Shown piece after piece: positions 10,469 to 20,163 of a stretch of 64,000 nucleotides of DNA. The translations under genes and the position numbers were made by a program. The notes below the pieces were generated by a model. The model was not told the origin of the DNA and did not search any database. It saw nothing but the letters and a program-made list of their open reading frames with translations. Each line of letters begins with the position of its first letter. The first letter of the stretch is position 1. Origin of the DNA: an uncultured virus (IMG/VR IMGVR_UViG_3300032050_000032) (taxonomy: Duplodnaviria > Heunggongvirae > Uroviricota > Caudoviricetes); the IMG/VR virus record IMGVR_UViG_3300032050_000032; one strand, 5' to 3'.

Positions 10469-13400
10469 TTAAGCCAATAGTAATTTATATAAGTTACCAT
10501 TGACTCTTATCTGCCATGTTTTACTTGATGTGCACGATTCGGTTGTTATTGTTCCTAAAGGAGTTCCTGAACTACCTACCACAAATTCATTATTATTACC
10601 CGCAGTGGCACTATTACCTAATATTACCGAATTAGAAAAATCACCCGTTTGTGCTTCACATCCTATAACAACGTTTGTATTTCCTGAAGTATTAATACAA
10701 GCACTTTTAAATCCTATTGCAATATTACACGCCCCAACATTATTACTAAATAAAGATTGTACACCCAAACTTATATTAGTATTACCTGATAAATTACTAA
10801 AAAGTGAGTTATAACCCATTGCAATGTTAAAATTAGATGTTGTATTATTTCTCATTGACCTTTCTCCTATAGAAACATTTAAAGTTCCCGAAGTGTTACA
10901 TTGTAATGAATACCTTCCTATTGATACATTTGATCCACCATTAATATTACATTGGAGTGAACGATTACCCAACGATACGTTGTCAGAACCTGTTGTGTTA
11001 AAGTTTAATGAACGATTACCCAACGATACGTTGTTACATCCTGTTGTGTTAGTGTTTAGTGAACCTGTACCCAACGATACGTTGTATGCTCCTGTTGTGT
11101 TAGAAAAGAGCGAAAGTTGTCCCAACGATACGTTGTTACATCCTGTTGTGTTTAATCGGAGTGAACTTAAACCTAAAGCAACATTAAAACATCCTGTTGT
11201 GTTGTTTTGGAGTGAACATGATCCCAACGCAACATTAAGACATCCTGTTGTGTTTGATCGGAGTGAATTTTGACCCAACGCTACGTTGTAAGAACCTGTT
11301 GTATTTAAACACAAAGAACACCTCCCAATTCCAACATTAGTTGTACCTGAAGTATTACAACGTAAAGCAGATTGTCCTAACGCTACGTTGTAATTTCCTA
11401 CTGTATTACCATATAGTGAAAGAGAACCTAACGATACGTTGTTACATCCTGTTGTGTTACGTCTTAAAATTCTATACCCTAACGCAACATTATCATTACC
11501 TGTAGTATTATCGTAAAGTGTTTGTTGACCAATCCCAACATTACGAGTACCTGTTGTGTTACAAAATAACGATCTAAAACCTATTGCGGTATTAAAATTA
11601 CTAGTTGTACTACAATACATTGCACCGCAACCAATAGAGACGTTGTAAAACCCTGTTGTATTACTTCTTAAAGATCTTGATCCCAATGCAATATTACCAT
11701 TTCCTGTTGTGTTAAAGGCTAATGCATTATCCCCAAGGGCTATATTATTAGACCCTGTGGTATTTGCAACTAAACTTACACCTAAACCAATATTACGATA
11801 ACCAGTTGTATTACTAAATAATGAAACTTGTCCTAACGCAATATTTCCATTACCTGTAGTGTTTGCTCGGAGTGAACACAAACCTAACGATACGTTGTTA
11901 CATCCTGTTGTGTTACCTCGGAGTGAGCAATTACCCAACGATACGTTGTTACATCCTGTGGTGTTGTTTAGTAGTGAACTTTGACCTAACGATACGTTGT
12001 AACATCCTGAAATATTGGATAGGAGTGAACCTGAACCCAATGATATGTTGTGATTACCTGTTGTATTATTTTGGAGTGAGCTTGATCCCAACGATACGTT
12101 GTTACATCCTGTTGTGTTTAATCGGAGTGAATTTTGACCCAACGATACGTTGTATAATCCTGTTGTGTTACATCGGAGTGAGGAGTAACCCAACGCAACG
12201 TTATTATTTCCTGTTGTGTTACGTTGGAGTGAATATCTACCCAATGATACGTTGTTACATCCTATACTGTTACAATAAAGTGAACACCCACCTAACGATA
12301 TGTTGTTAGTTCCTGTTGTGTTGTTACGGAGTGATTGAAAACCCATCGATATGTTACTACCTCCTGTTGTGTTAGATAGGAGTGAATTTGTACCTATACT
12401 CACGTTTAAACATCCTGAGATATTGGATATGAGTGAATTTGCACCCAACGATACATTGTTAGTTCCTGTTGTGTTAGAATAGAGTGAATAACTACCTAAT
12501 GATACGTTTCGGTAACCTGTTGTGTTACGTTGGAGTGAACTTTGACCCAACGCAATATTTGCAGTACCTGTACTGTTACAAAGGAGTGAACACGCACCCA
12601 ATGATACGTTGTTACTACCCGTTGTATTCCATCGGAGTGAATATCTACCCAATGATACGTTGTTACTACCTGTTGTATTGCATCGGAGTGAATATCTACC
12701 CAATGATACGTTGTAATTTCCTGTTATGTTAGCTTGTAAAGTATTTGAACCAATTGCAATATTTCTAACACCTGTTGTATTGTTTTGGAGTGATTGATTA
12801 CCAAAAGAAATGTTTTCAAATCCTGTAGTATTAGATTGGAGTGAATTTGTTCCCAACGAAATATTAGAATTTATGTTTCCACCACCAATACCTAACCTTA
12901 AACTATTAACGGTATTCGCAGTAATATTTTGTGTAAAAATAGTATCACCTGTTACCGTACCACCACTTAATGGTAAAAAGTTATCTCCACCACCAATTCC
13001 TGTAAGATTACTACCATCACCATAAAATGTTCCCCCACTTATAGTTGTTGCACTAACACTATTAAGTGAAATATTATTATCCAAGTTTAGAACAACAGTA
13101 GATGAACCAGATATTGATGAACTAATATTTGTTCCACCTGAAATTGTTAAAGTAGCATTTGGGTTTGGTGCGGTAATAGTGGTTGTCCCATCACCTTTTA
13201 TTGCCGTCCAAGAATTAACAGGAGGGGAAGATGAATAACCCTCTAACAATTCGATTAAATCAAAATAATATCTTGCATTAGGACTATTGAATGATACTTC
13301 TAAAATTTGTGCAAAATTATTAGTTAGATAAAATCTCCATAAAGGTATTGATATTACTTGCCATGATGATGTGTTAGTATTATTATATTGGACAAAGTTT

Positions 13401-15010
13401 GAAGAACCCGCGGCATTCATAAAAACAGCACTACCATTTTGAGTACCTGTGGATGTTAAAAATCTGAATCTTATTTGTGTTGTTGTTGTGTTTGCGGATA
13501 AATTTCTTATTGCAAATTGTAATGAAGAATAATTTGTTGTGTCAACAGTAGTTAATCCAGTTAATCTAAAAGATGTTGTAAATGCACCTGTAACACCACT
13601 AACTCTAATAGATGTTGATCCACTGTAAGTTTCTTCAGTTGCTGATGAAATTATTCTTGTTGGTTGTGAACCAACCGAACCAAATGTCCATTCCGTTGGT
13701 GTCCCCAAATTATTATTATATAATATTAGTGTGGTTATATCAGGTTCAATACTATTTGCTGGTACCAATATAAATGTAATTTCAAGTTGGGTTAATTCAT
13801 CTATATTTGGTTTTTCGGGATTTAAGGATGGTGTTCCTTGAATTACAGATGTATTCCCAAAAACGTCGGATATAATAACATCAATCCTATCATATGTACT
13901 ATCTCCCGAATTCAATACAACAGTTGATGACGATGTTATTGAATATATAGTTTCTCCAATTATATATTCTAAAGGACTTACCTCAAAAGTATAACCGCTT
14001 ATATATGAAACACCACCATTTAACAACTTACTTCCTTTTACCACTAAAGGCCAAATATCTAAATTAGGTTCATTTATCCCAATTTCAATTTTGTTTGAAT
14101 TAAGAGTAGTTGAAATTTTATCAAGGGTGTCTCCAGTAATTGAGTTAAATTCTAAATTTTTATTTTGAGTGTTACTAAAAATTGGTAATCCGTCACCTAA
14201 ATTAGTTCCACCAGTTATACTACCAAGTAAGTTACTACCATCACCATAAAAAGTACCTCCACTTATTGTTGTTGCAGAGATTGTACTTGACAATAATCCA
14301 TTAGTAAATGTTGTTGATCCAGTAACTGTCCCTCCACTTAATGGTAAATAAAATCCAGTAACATTGTCAGGTAAATTTTGATATGTTATTGCAGAAATTG
14401 TATTGGCACTTAACCCTTCGTGAAAAATTGCAAAACTTAAAATATTAATTGGGGAACATCCTGATATGGTATCGGTAAATAATATTCCATTTGTACCACA
14501 CAAATCAATAGTAGACGCACTTATTGTTGTTGCACTAAAATTACCGTTTACAGTTAAACCTGTAACTTCATTAAGTGAAACTGAATATGAACTACCAATA
14601 TTATTTGATATAGTAAATTCATTGTCATTATATGTAAAATCAGTAACTTTGGTATCAAATTCAGGTAAATCAATTAAAATTATATCTCCCCCATCATTTG
14701 AAATTGTTCCCCCACTTATAAGTTCAATGTTCCCATTAACAACAAATAGTTTTGAGTTATTTTCCAAAACTAAATTACCATAAACAATTAAATCGTTATA
14801 TATAAAACTTTGAGTATTTGTTCTTACGGTTATTGTTTCACCTGATTCAATGTACCAACGGTTATTAAATCCTGATAAATAATTACTTAATTGATTTAAA
14901 TTAATTTTATATGTGGTATTACCACTAACATCTACCAATGGAAAAACGTCATCAACAGTTATTGATGAAAATGGGACTAAATCTAAATCGGTAATTCTAA
15001 TGTTTGCCAT
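10469..15010 (-). CDS. Large tail fibre/adhesin with 17-aa solenoid repeats and a possible carbohydrate-binding domain
   Basis: 1513 aa; N-terminal MANIRITDL anchor, two LPLSGGTVTG and two TFYGDGSNL motifs, CBM-like beta-rich block (WQVISIPL...YYFDLIEL), ~43 NVSLGxxSLxxNTTGxx repeats. Confidence 0.8.
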   Translation of the reverse strand: MANIRITDLDLVPFSSITVDDVFPLVDVSGNTTYKINLNQLSNYLSGFNNRWYIESGETITVRTNTQSFIYNDLIVYGNLVLENNSKLFVVNGNIELISGGTISNDGGDIILIDLPEFDTKVTDFTYNDNEFTISNNIGSSYSVSLNEVTGLTVNGNFSATTISASTIDLCGTNGILFTDTISGCSPINILSFAIFHEGLSANTISAITYQNLPDNVTGFYLPLSGGTVTGSTTFTNGLLSSTISATTISGGTFYGDGSNLLGSITGGTNLGDGLPIFSNTQNKNLEFNSITGDTLDKISTTLNSNKIEIGINEPNLDIWPLVVKGSKLLNGGVSYISGYTFEVSPLEYIIGETIYSITSSSTVVLNSGDSTYDRIDVIISDVFGNTSVIQGTPSLNPEKPNIDELTQLEITFILVPANSIEPDITTLILYNNNLGTPTEWTFGSVGSQPTRIISSATEETYSGSTSIRVSGVTGAFTTSFRLTGLTTVDTTNYSSLQFAIRNLSANTTTTQIRFRFLTSTGTQNGSAVFMNAAGSSNFVQYNNTNTSSWQVISIPLWRFYLTNNFAQILEVSFNSPNARYYFDLIELLEGYSSSPPVNSWTAIKGDGTTTITAPNPNATLTISGGTNISSSISGSSTVVLNLDNNISLNSVSATTISGGTFYGDGSNLTGIGGGDNFLPLSGGTVTGDTIFTQNITANTVNSLRLGIGGGNINSNISLGTNSLQSNTTGFENISFGNQSLQNNTTGVRNIAIGSNTLQANITGNYNVSLGRYSLRCNTTGSNNVSLGRYSLRWNTTGSNNVSLGACSLLCNSTGTANIALGQSSLQRNTTGYRNVSLGSYSLYSNTTGTNNVSLGANSLISNISGCLNVSIGTNSLLSNTTGGSNISMGFQSLRNNTTGTNNISLGGCSLYCNSIGCNNVSLGRYSLQRNTTGNNNVALGYSSLRCNTTGLYNVSLGQNSLRLNTTGCNNVSLGSSSLQNNTTGNHNISLGSGSLLSNISGCYNVSLGQSSLLNNTTGCNNVSLGNCSLRGNTTGCNNVSLGLCSLRANTTGNGNIALGQVSLFSNTTGYRNIGLGVSLVANTTGSNNIALGDNALAFNTTGNGNIALGSRSLRSNTTGFYNVSIGCGAMYCSTTSNFNTAIGFRSLFCNTTGTRNVGIGQQTLYDNTTGNDNVALGYRILRRNTTGCNNVSLGSLSLYGNTVGNYNVALGQSALRCNTSGTTNVGIGRCSLCLNTTGSYNVALGQNSLRSNTTGCLNVALGSCSLQNNTTGCFNVALGLSSLRLNTTGCNNVSLGQLSLFSNTTGAYNVSLGTGSLNTNTTGCNNVSLGNRSLNFNTTGSDNVSLGNRSLQCNINGGSNVSIGRYSLQCNTSGTLNVSIGERSMRNNTTSNFNIAMGYNSLFSNLSGNTNISLGVQSLFSNNVGACNIAIGFKSACINTSGNTNVVIGCEAQTGDFSNSVILGNSATAGNNNEFVVGSSGTPLGTITTESCTSSKTWQIRVNGNLYKLLLA
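10680..12870. repeat. Coding tandem repeat, 51-bp period (~43 units)
   Basis: e.g. atgatacgtt recurs at 12601 and 12652; recurrent core cccaacgatacgttgttacatcctgttgtgtt. Confidence 0.9.
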
Positions 15011-15030
15011 GTTTTTTTACTATAAATATT

Positions 15031-17250
15031 TCAGACTATGAAATAATCATTATTCTGTGTTCTAATGTAGAAAAAATCTTGAGTTACTAAGAAATCCAAC
15101 TCAACTAAAACATATGTGAAATCATTTGGTAAACAAACAATTGTACTACAATCAGGACAATCAGGGTTTAACATATCAAAAGTATCTTTAAGTAATAAGA
15201 AGTTATGTTTTACTTCAGGTGCCGATAAAGGTTCTACATACATTCTAAATTGTGATATACCACCCTCAAAAGTCCCCGCAAAATTTTGTTCCAATAATAT
15301 ATTTGTTTGTAATCCTGCTAAAGATGTTGTGTTTAATAACTCTGTTGAGAAACATTCGGGGTCTTGTATATATTTTCCGTCAAGTGCAGTACAAGCCGAG
15401 AATGTTAAATTTTCCCTTAATCCTTGTGTTCCACCACCCCAAGAAATATTAAATGGAACTCCTAACTGTCTTTCTTTATCCGTACTTAATGCTCTTGGTA
15501 TTATCTCCTCAATATTTTCTATTTTGAAGAATATTTTTCCATTAACATAAATTTTTAATCTCCCCATTCTTAATTGGGTGTCATCTAACCAAGATTGATC
15601 CAAATTAACAAGTTCTATTTTCTCCGCAATTTCTGTTCCACGAGTAATTGGGGGTTTAATTAATTTTGTAGTATCGTTAGCCAACGAATCTAAGTATTCA
15701 AATTTGGTAATGTCCCCAAGACCACCTCTCCACCATAAATCACATATATCTAACCAAGTATATCTTTCCCATACAACATCTACTTGGAACCAATGTTCCT
15801 CTAACAAATATAAAGGATTAACTATTTCACAATAATCATATATTCCATCAGGAGAACAATATTCATCTATTGTATAACCCGTAACATAAGTTTGTCCTGT
15901 AACACAAGTTCCTGTGGTTTCACAATTACCAGTCCATCTAAATATTTTAACACCAATTTGAGGATTGTTTTTACTACCACATAATTTAATTGCTATCGCA
16001 TTCGACATTGAGTCAAATAAAGGATTAGATTCGCAAGTGTTCTCAACTGAAGTAAATCCTGTTGATGGGCAATTCTCACATTCGTCACAAGTATCGCAAG
16101 TTGTACAAGTTGGAGTACAGACAGGTATGGGGTTATTACAATCAGGAGTCGGTGTTGGATCAGGTGTTGGCGTTGGTGTTGGCGTAATTATGTTTTCACA
16201 CTGATGAGTAAAACATTCCCACCCACACAAATCACAAGCTTGTTTACCACAGTCACAACCACAAGTTAATTTTTTATCTTTATTTCCATTACATAAATCA
16301 CATCCATAATTTAAATGAGGATCGTGTTGATTATTTTCTGATCTTGGTGGGTAAACATATATACATCTACTATTTGTGATTTGTTGATTACAACAAGCAC
16401 AAGTCTGCACACATTCTTCTAACCCATTTGTAACTCTGTTATATTCAGGAAAACAATTTGGGGAACCATCTGCGTGGTGATAAAATTTATTTTCAGCTCT
16501 TGTACCAAAATAAAAGAATATTTCAGCATTTTCAGGATAAATTTCATTAAGAGTAGTTTCTCCTGTACTTGGAAAATATTCATCTATCAATCTCGGTTTT
16601 AACAACATCTCAACCGACCATCCTTTATTCATCCTTTCAGGAAAAATATTATAATCATAACCAAACAATCTATAAAATCCTTGATAGAACCCCCCATATA
16701 GTTCGTGATATTTTCCTGTTGGACCATTCTTACTAACAACTTCATACAATGTTCTGTCGGTTATACCTGAAAATCTAACATTATCAGTAGTATATCCAGT
16801 AGTTTGAAACATCTTAAATCTTCTATCAAAATATAATCTTTCAAATTTTAATGAGTTATCGTATAAACCATTTGTGAAATTTATTTCTTCACCATTCATT
16901 GATGTTACCAACCCATTATCAATTCCCGTTAATCCTATATCACAAGCTGTTGATGATGAAAAACATAACAAATCTTTATTTTCAGGGTTATAATAATTTT
17001 GAGAAACAAAAATATTATTGAAATTATAATCTTTATAGAATAAATTCAAATTTTGAACGGTATCCGTATCCGATATATCTATGTTTATTGGTAACTTATT
17101 TCCATATGTTTGGGCAATAAGAAATGGTGAAAATACAACTTCTTGGTTGTAATTTACCTCATCAGACGCCAAAGACATATCTTGACACTCATTTACGATG
17201 TTAAGTCGTAATTTAGAATATACATATTGATTAATATTTTGTTGTGCCAT
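15031..17250 (-). CDS. Cys-rich putative virion structural protein with a split LamG/ConA-like domain and a PT linker
   Basis: Start moved to MAQQ (ATG 17250) because the longer ORF overlaps the 17303 gene; GWSVEMLLKP...LKIYVNGK...F.GGISQFRMY..PLSAPEV..NF is LamG-like; many CxxC; PTPTPTP linker. Confidence 0.6.
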   Translation of the reverse strand: MAQQNINQYVYSKLRLNIVNECQDMSLASDEVNYNQEVVFSPFLIAQTYGNKLPINIDISDTDTVQNLNLFYKDYNFNNIFVSQNYYNPENKDLLCFSSSTACDIGLTGIDNGLVTSMNGEEINFTNGLYDNSLKFERLYFDRRFKMFQTTGYTTDNVRFSGITDRTLYEVVSKNGPTGKYHELYGGFYQGFYRLFGYDYNIFPERMNKGWSVEMLLKPRLIDEYFPSTGETTLNEIYPENAEIFFYFGTRAENKFYHHADGSPNCFPEYNRVTNGLEECVQTCACCNQQITNSRCIYVYPPRSENNQHDPHLNYGCDLCNGNKDKKLTCGCDCGKQACDLCGWECFTHQCENIITPTPTPTPDPTPTPDCNNPIPVCTPTCTTCDTCDECENCPSTGFTSVENTCESNPLFDSMSNAIAIKLCGSKNNPQIGVKIFRWTGNCETTGTCVTGQTYVTGYTIDEYCSPDGIYDYCEIVNPLYLLEEHWFQVDVVWERYTWLDICDLWWRGGLGDITKFEYLDSLANDTTKLIKPPITRGTEIAEKIELVNLDQSWLDDTQLRMGRLKIYVNGKIFFKIENIEEIIPRALSTDKERQLGVPFNISWGGGTQGLRENLTFSACTALDGKYIQDPECFSTELLNTTSLAGLQTNILLEQNFAGTFEGGISQFRMYVEPLSAPEVKHNFLLLKDTFDMLNPDCPDCSTIVCLPNDFTYVLVELDFLVTQDFFYIRTQNNDYFIV

Positions 17251-17260
17251 CTTTTTTCTA

Positions 17261-17289
17261 AATAAATACCACAAATCAAAGTATTTATT
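17261..17289. promoter_or_regulatory. Back-to-back pair of TATTTAT putative late promoters
   Basis: AATAAATAC (17261..17269) and GTATTTATT (17281..17289) form a 9-bp inverted repeat, 11 and 14 nt from the two divergent ATGs. Confidence 0.65.
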
Positions 17290-17302
17290 GTAAAAAATAC
17301 CT

Positions 17303-18289
17303 ATGACTTTTAAAGAGGCAAAAAATAAAACTGTAGACAAAGTATATTCTGATTTGAAGAAATACAAAGAAGTTGCATCTAATGAGGCAAAACAAACAAG
17401 AGTCCTTGTTAAAATTCTTATGTCTTCAGCAAAAGAATATTTAAAAAATAAAGATTTTGAATTACCTAAAGATGAAAAGGAATTCATTAAAGATCAATCT
17501 GCCGATTTATTAAAATTAATACCGTTAATTGCATTACAAATTATACCAGGAAGTACAATTGCAACTCCATTCATTATTAAACTTGGACAAAAATTAGGAA
17601 TGAAATTAAACACTAAAATTCCTGAAAAATACAAAGAAAACAAAGATGAAGAAACTGATGGTGAAATGACTGAGTTTGTTGCTTCTGACGGTACTTTTGC
17701 AGGTTCAAATATACCAATGTTAGATCAAGGAATGCATCCAAGAAAAACAATGGATCAAACTGTGATAACAACAAGACAAACAAACAATCCTGTTGTTCGT
17801 GGTTATAGAGTTTATTATGGTGAATCAATTGAAAATGATGACGAAAATATACTTGATGAAATAGATATGTCTGGCGCGTTTGGTGATGAAGAAACCAAAA
17901 ATGATAAGACATATAAAGAATGTATGGAAACTATGGAAAAGTTGGGTATTGAAGATTTATTTGAGAGAGATGAAAGATGTAAGGTATTTGGATTTGATAA
18001 GAGTTTAGACAAACAATTAAAACGAGAAAAAAAACAAGGTGAATGTAAAAATTGTTTTACTAAAAAAAGATTATCAGAAATTGAAAAAGAAAAAATGGTG
18101 AGGATGATTGACGAAATTATTCTTAATAAAAAAAATAAATCAGGAGATGTTGTTAAGAAAGATTCCGAAATTGACGATACACCAGTTAATAAAATATTAA
18201 CAAGGAATTTACAATCAATTAAAAAGATTGCGGAAAAAGAAGGGATAAGTATAAACAATTTAATCAAAATACTCAAAACAGGTGAATAA
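17303..18289 (+). CDS. Hypothetical protein with N-terminal LETM1-like segment
   Basis: EKEFIKDQSADLLKLIPLIALQIIPGSTIATPFIIKL resembles LETM1-family helix-Pro-helix; acidic/basic C-terminal half. Confidence 0.45.
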   Translation: MTFKEAKNKTVDKVYSDLKKYKEVASNEAKQTRVLVKILMSSAKEYLKNKDFELPKDEKEFIKDQSADLLKLIPLIALQIIPGSTIATPFIIKLGQKLGMKLNTKIPEKYKENKDEETDGEMTEFVASDGTFAGSNIPMLDQGMHPRKTMDQTVITTRQTNNPVVRGYRVYYGESIENDDENILDEIDMSGAFGDEETKNDKTYKECMETMEKLGIEDLFERDERCKVFGFDKSLDKQLKREKKQGECKNCFTKKRLSEIEKEKMVRMIDEIILNKKNKSGDVVKKDSEIDDTPVNKILTRNLQSIKKIAEKEGISINNLIKILKTGE

Positions 18290-18749
18290 AGAATTATACG
18301 GACAGGTAGTAGTATTACCTAAAGAACTTACACAGTACTTACAACAATGTTTTGATCAAGTACCAAATTCTGATGCAACTGTTGAGGGACACAAAAGAAA
18401 TATGTTCTTAAGAGATAATGGACAAGTAACATTTCAGCAGTTAGAAAGAATTCAAAATTGGTTTAAATATTTTGACGGTAATAAAGAAGATGCACCATAT
18501 ATTTTAAATGGTGGTGATTATATGAATAATTGGGTAACAACAACAATTGATGGAATGAGAAACGGAACTCATACAAATCAAGCGGTAAGTGATGTAATGC
18601 CTGATGACATTACTGACGAATTAATTGATGACATGGGATGGTTATCAAATATGAATAGAGACGTAAAAAGTCACAAAGATTATAATGATGATATAAAAAT
18701 CACAGAAAACCTTAAAAGGATAAATGATTTAATAAAAAAAATAATTTAA
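18282..18749 (+). CDS. Hypothetical phage protein
   Basis: 155 aa, GTG start overlapping upstream stop; C-terminal ITENLKRINDLIKKII. Confidence 0.7.
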   Translation: MNKELYGQVVVLPKELTQYLQQCFDQVPNSDATVEGHKRNMFLRDNGQVTFQQLERIQNWFKYFDGNKEDAPYILNGGDYMNNWVTTTIDGMRNGTHTNQAVSDVMPDDITDELIDDMGWLSNMNRDVKSHKDYNDDIKITENLKRINDLIKKII

Positions 18750-18750
18750 A

Positions 18751-19038
18751 ATGGCAATTAGTGAAAGATTGAATTTTGATCAACCTCTGAATGAGTTAGG
18801 TCAAGTAGGTGAACAACAAAGACAAAAGTTAATCCCAAAAAACGATTACAAACCTGTTAACCAATATTCGGCAACAAATAAAGATGCGTTGTCTGATGGG
18901 GATGAATTGGGTAAAGGTACTGGATCATTTTTGGATACTGTTAATGGTGGTTCTTCAGTTGATATTTTAGAAAGAAAAAATGAAATAAAAATTAATGAAT
19001 ATCAATACGATAAACCATATACCACTCCATCAGTTTAA
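18751..19038 (+). CDS. Hypothetical phage protein
   Basis: 95 aa, tightly packed; ALSDGDELGKGTG motif. Confidence 0.7.
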   Translation: MAISERLNFDQPLNELGQVGEQQRQKLIPKNDYKPVNQYSATNKDALSDGDELGKGTGSFLDTVNGGSSVDILERKNEIKINEYQYDKPYTTPSV

Positions 19039-19442
19039 TGAAACTTTACAACACATTAAAAAGTCTTATTCTTGAGGTAGCATCTATTGAGTCAATCGTT
19101 GATGCAATTAAGAAACGACAAAAAGTTGTGATTTATTACCAAGGTGATGAACCAGGTGGAAATGGTTTAAGAACAATAGAACCTGTTTGTTTTGGGTATA
19201 GTAAGGCAGGAAATCCTGTGTTACGAGCTTGGGATTTAGAGGGGGCGTCTCATAAGGCGTATTTAGGAAAAAAACCATTACCAAGTTGGAGAATGTTTAG
19301 GGTTGACAAGATAGTGTCATTCAGACCTACGGCAGAAACATTTAATGAACCAAAACCTGGATATAACCCAAATGGTGATAAAAGTATGACAAGCGTTGTG
19401 ATAAATGCAGTATTTGATAATAACCAAGAAAATTTAGTATAA
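19038..19442 (+). CDS. Standalone WYL-domain protein
   Basis: AI..RQKVVIYY...RTIEPVCFG...LRAWD...WRMFRVDKI. Confidence 0.85.
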   Translation: MKLYNTLKSLILEVASIESIVDAIKKRQKVVIYYQGDEPGGNGLRTIEPVCFGYSKAGNPVLRAWDLEGASHKAYLGKKPLPSWRMFRVDKIVSFRPTAETFNEPKPGYNPNGDKSMTSVVINAVFDNNQENLV

Positions 19443-19443
19443 T

Positions 19444-20040
19444 ATGTCAGCAGAACAAGATTTGATAAATAAATTAATGATATCAAAAAAAATAATGGAG
19501 AGACACGACACAATGGGTCGTAATGGGATTAATAATCCTGAAGCATTTAACTCTCCAATGGTAGAAGAATTTCAACCTGTTAATGCCAGTTATAACTTAC
19601 CACAAAATTTATTAAGTGAGGAGTCAATCCCAAAATCGTATAACACTGAGGTACCTACAGTAGATAGAATAGCAAATTCAAAATTACCTGATGAGATTAA
19701 AAGATTAATGATGGAACATCCAATTAATCAACCATCTAATATGGGAGGACCATCATTATCTAATGATTTAGTTGAGAAGGCATCAAGATTAATGAACACA
19801 AACGCAAAAGGTGAAGTAATTAATGAAACTAAACAAAGAGTTAGTAATCCCCAACCACAATCAATTGGTATATCCGCAAGTGATATTAAAACTATCGTTA
19901 GAGAAACTGTTGAGGATGTTTTGAAAGAAAATGGTTTGTTAGTTGAGTCAACAAAAAAATCAAATGAACAATTTAAATTTAGAGTTGGTCAACATCTTTT
20001 TGAGGGTAGAGTAACTAAAATTAGAAAAATATCAGAATAA
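19444..20040 (+). CDS. Hypothetical phage protein
   Basis: 198 aa, last gene before a terminator. Confidence 0.7.
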   Translation: MSAEQDLINKLMISKKIMERHDTMGRNGINNPEAFNSPMVEEFQPVNASYNLPQNLLSEESIPKSYNTEVPTVDRIANSKLPDEIKRLMMEHPINQPSNMGGPSLSNDLVEKASRLMNTNAKGEVINETKQRVSNPQPQSIGISASDIKTIVRETVEDVLKENGLLVESTKKSNEQFKFRVGQHLFEGRVTKIRKISE

Positions 20041-20072
20041 CACGCACCCCTTTGTATTTTATTACATCGGCT

Positions 20073-20107
20073 AAACCTCCACCAAAAGTGGGGGTTTTTT
20101 GTTTTTT
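20073..20107 (+). terminator. Rho-independent terminator
   Basis: aaacctccac-caaaa-gtgggggttt hairpin followed by a T-tract. Confidence 0.8.
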
Positions 20108-20112
20108 ATTTA

Positions 20113-20141
20113 TTGATATATCATAAATTAATGATTATAAT
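20113..20141 (+). promoter_or_regulatory. Possible sigma70-like promoter for the glycan island
   Basis: TTGATA-N17-TATAAT, 22 nt before ATG 20164; very AT-rich context so chance is plausible; a TATTTAT overlaps it at 20107..20113. Confidence 0.3.
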
Positions 20142-20163
20142 TGGATTATTATATAACTAATTT

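Noticed and set aside
10680..12870. CRISPR-like array
   Set aside because: 51-bp in-frame coding repeat without unique spacers; no cas genes
10500..14783. Plus-strand ORFs over the fibre gene
   Set aside because: Antisense shadows of a repetitive coding sequence
17251..17487. 79-aa N-terminal extension of the 15031 ORF
   Set aside because: Overlaps the opposite-strand 17303 gene; the upstream motif supports ATG 17250
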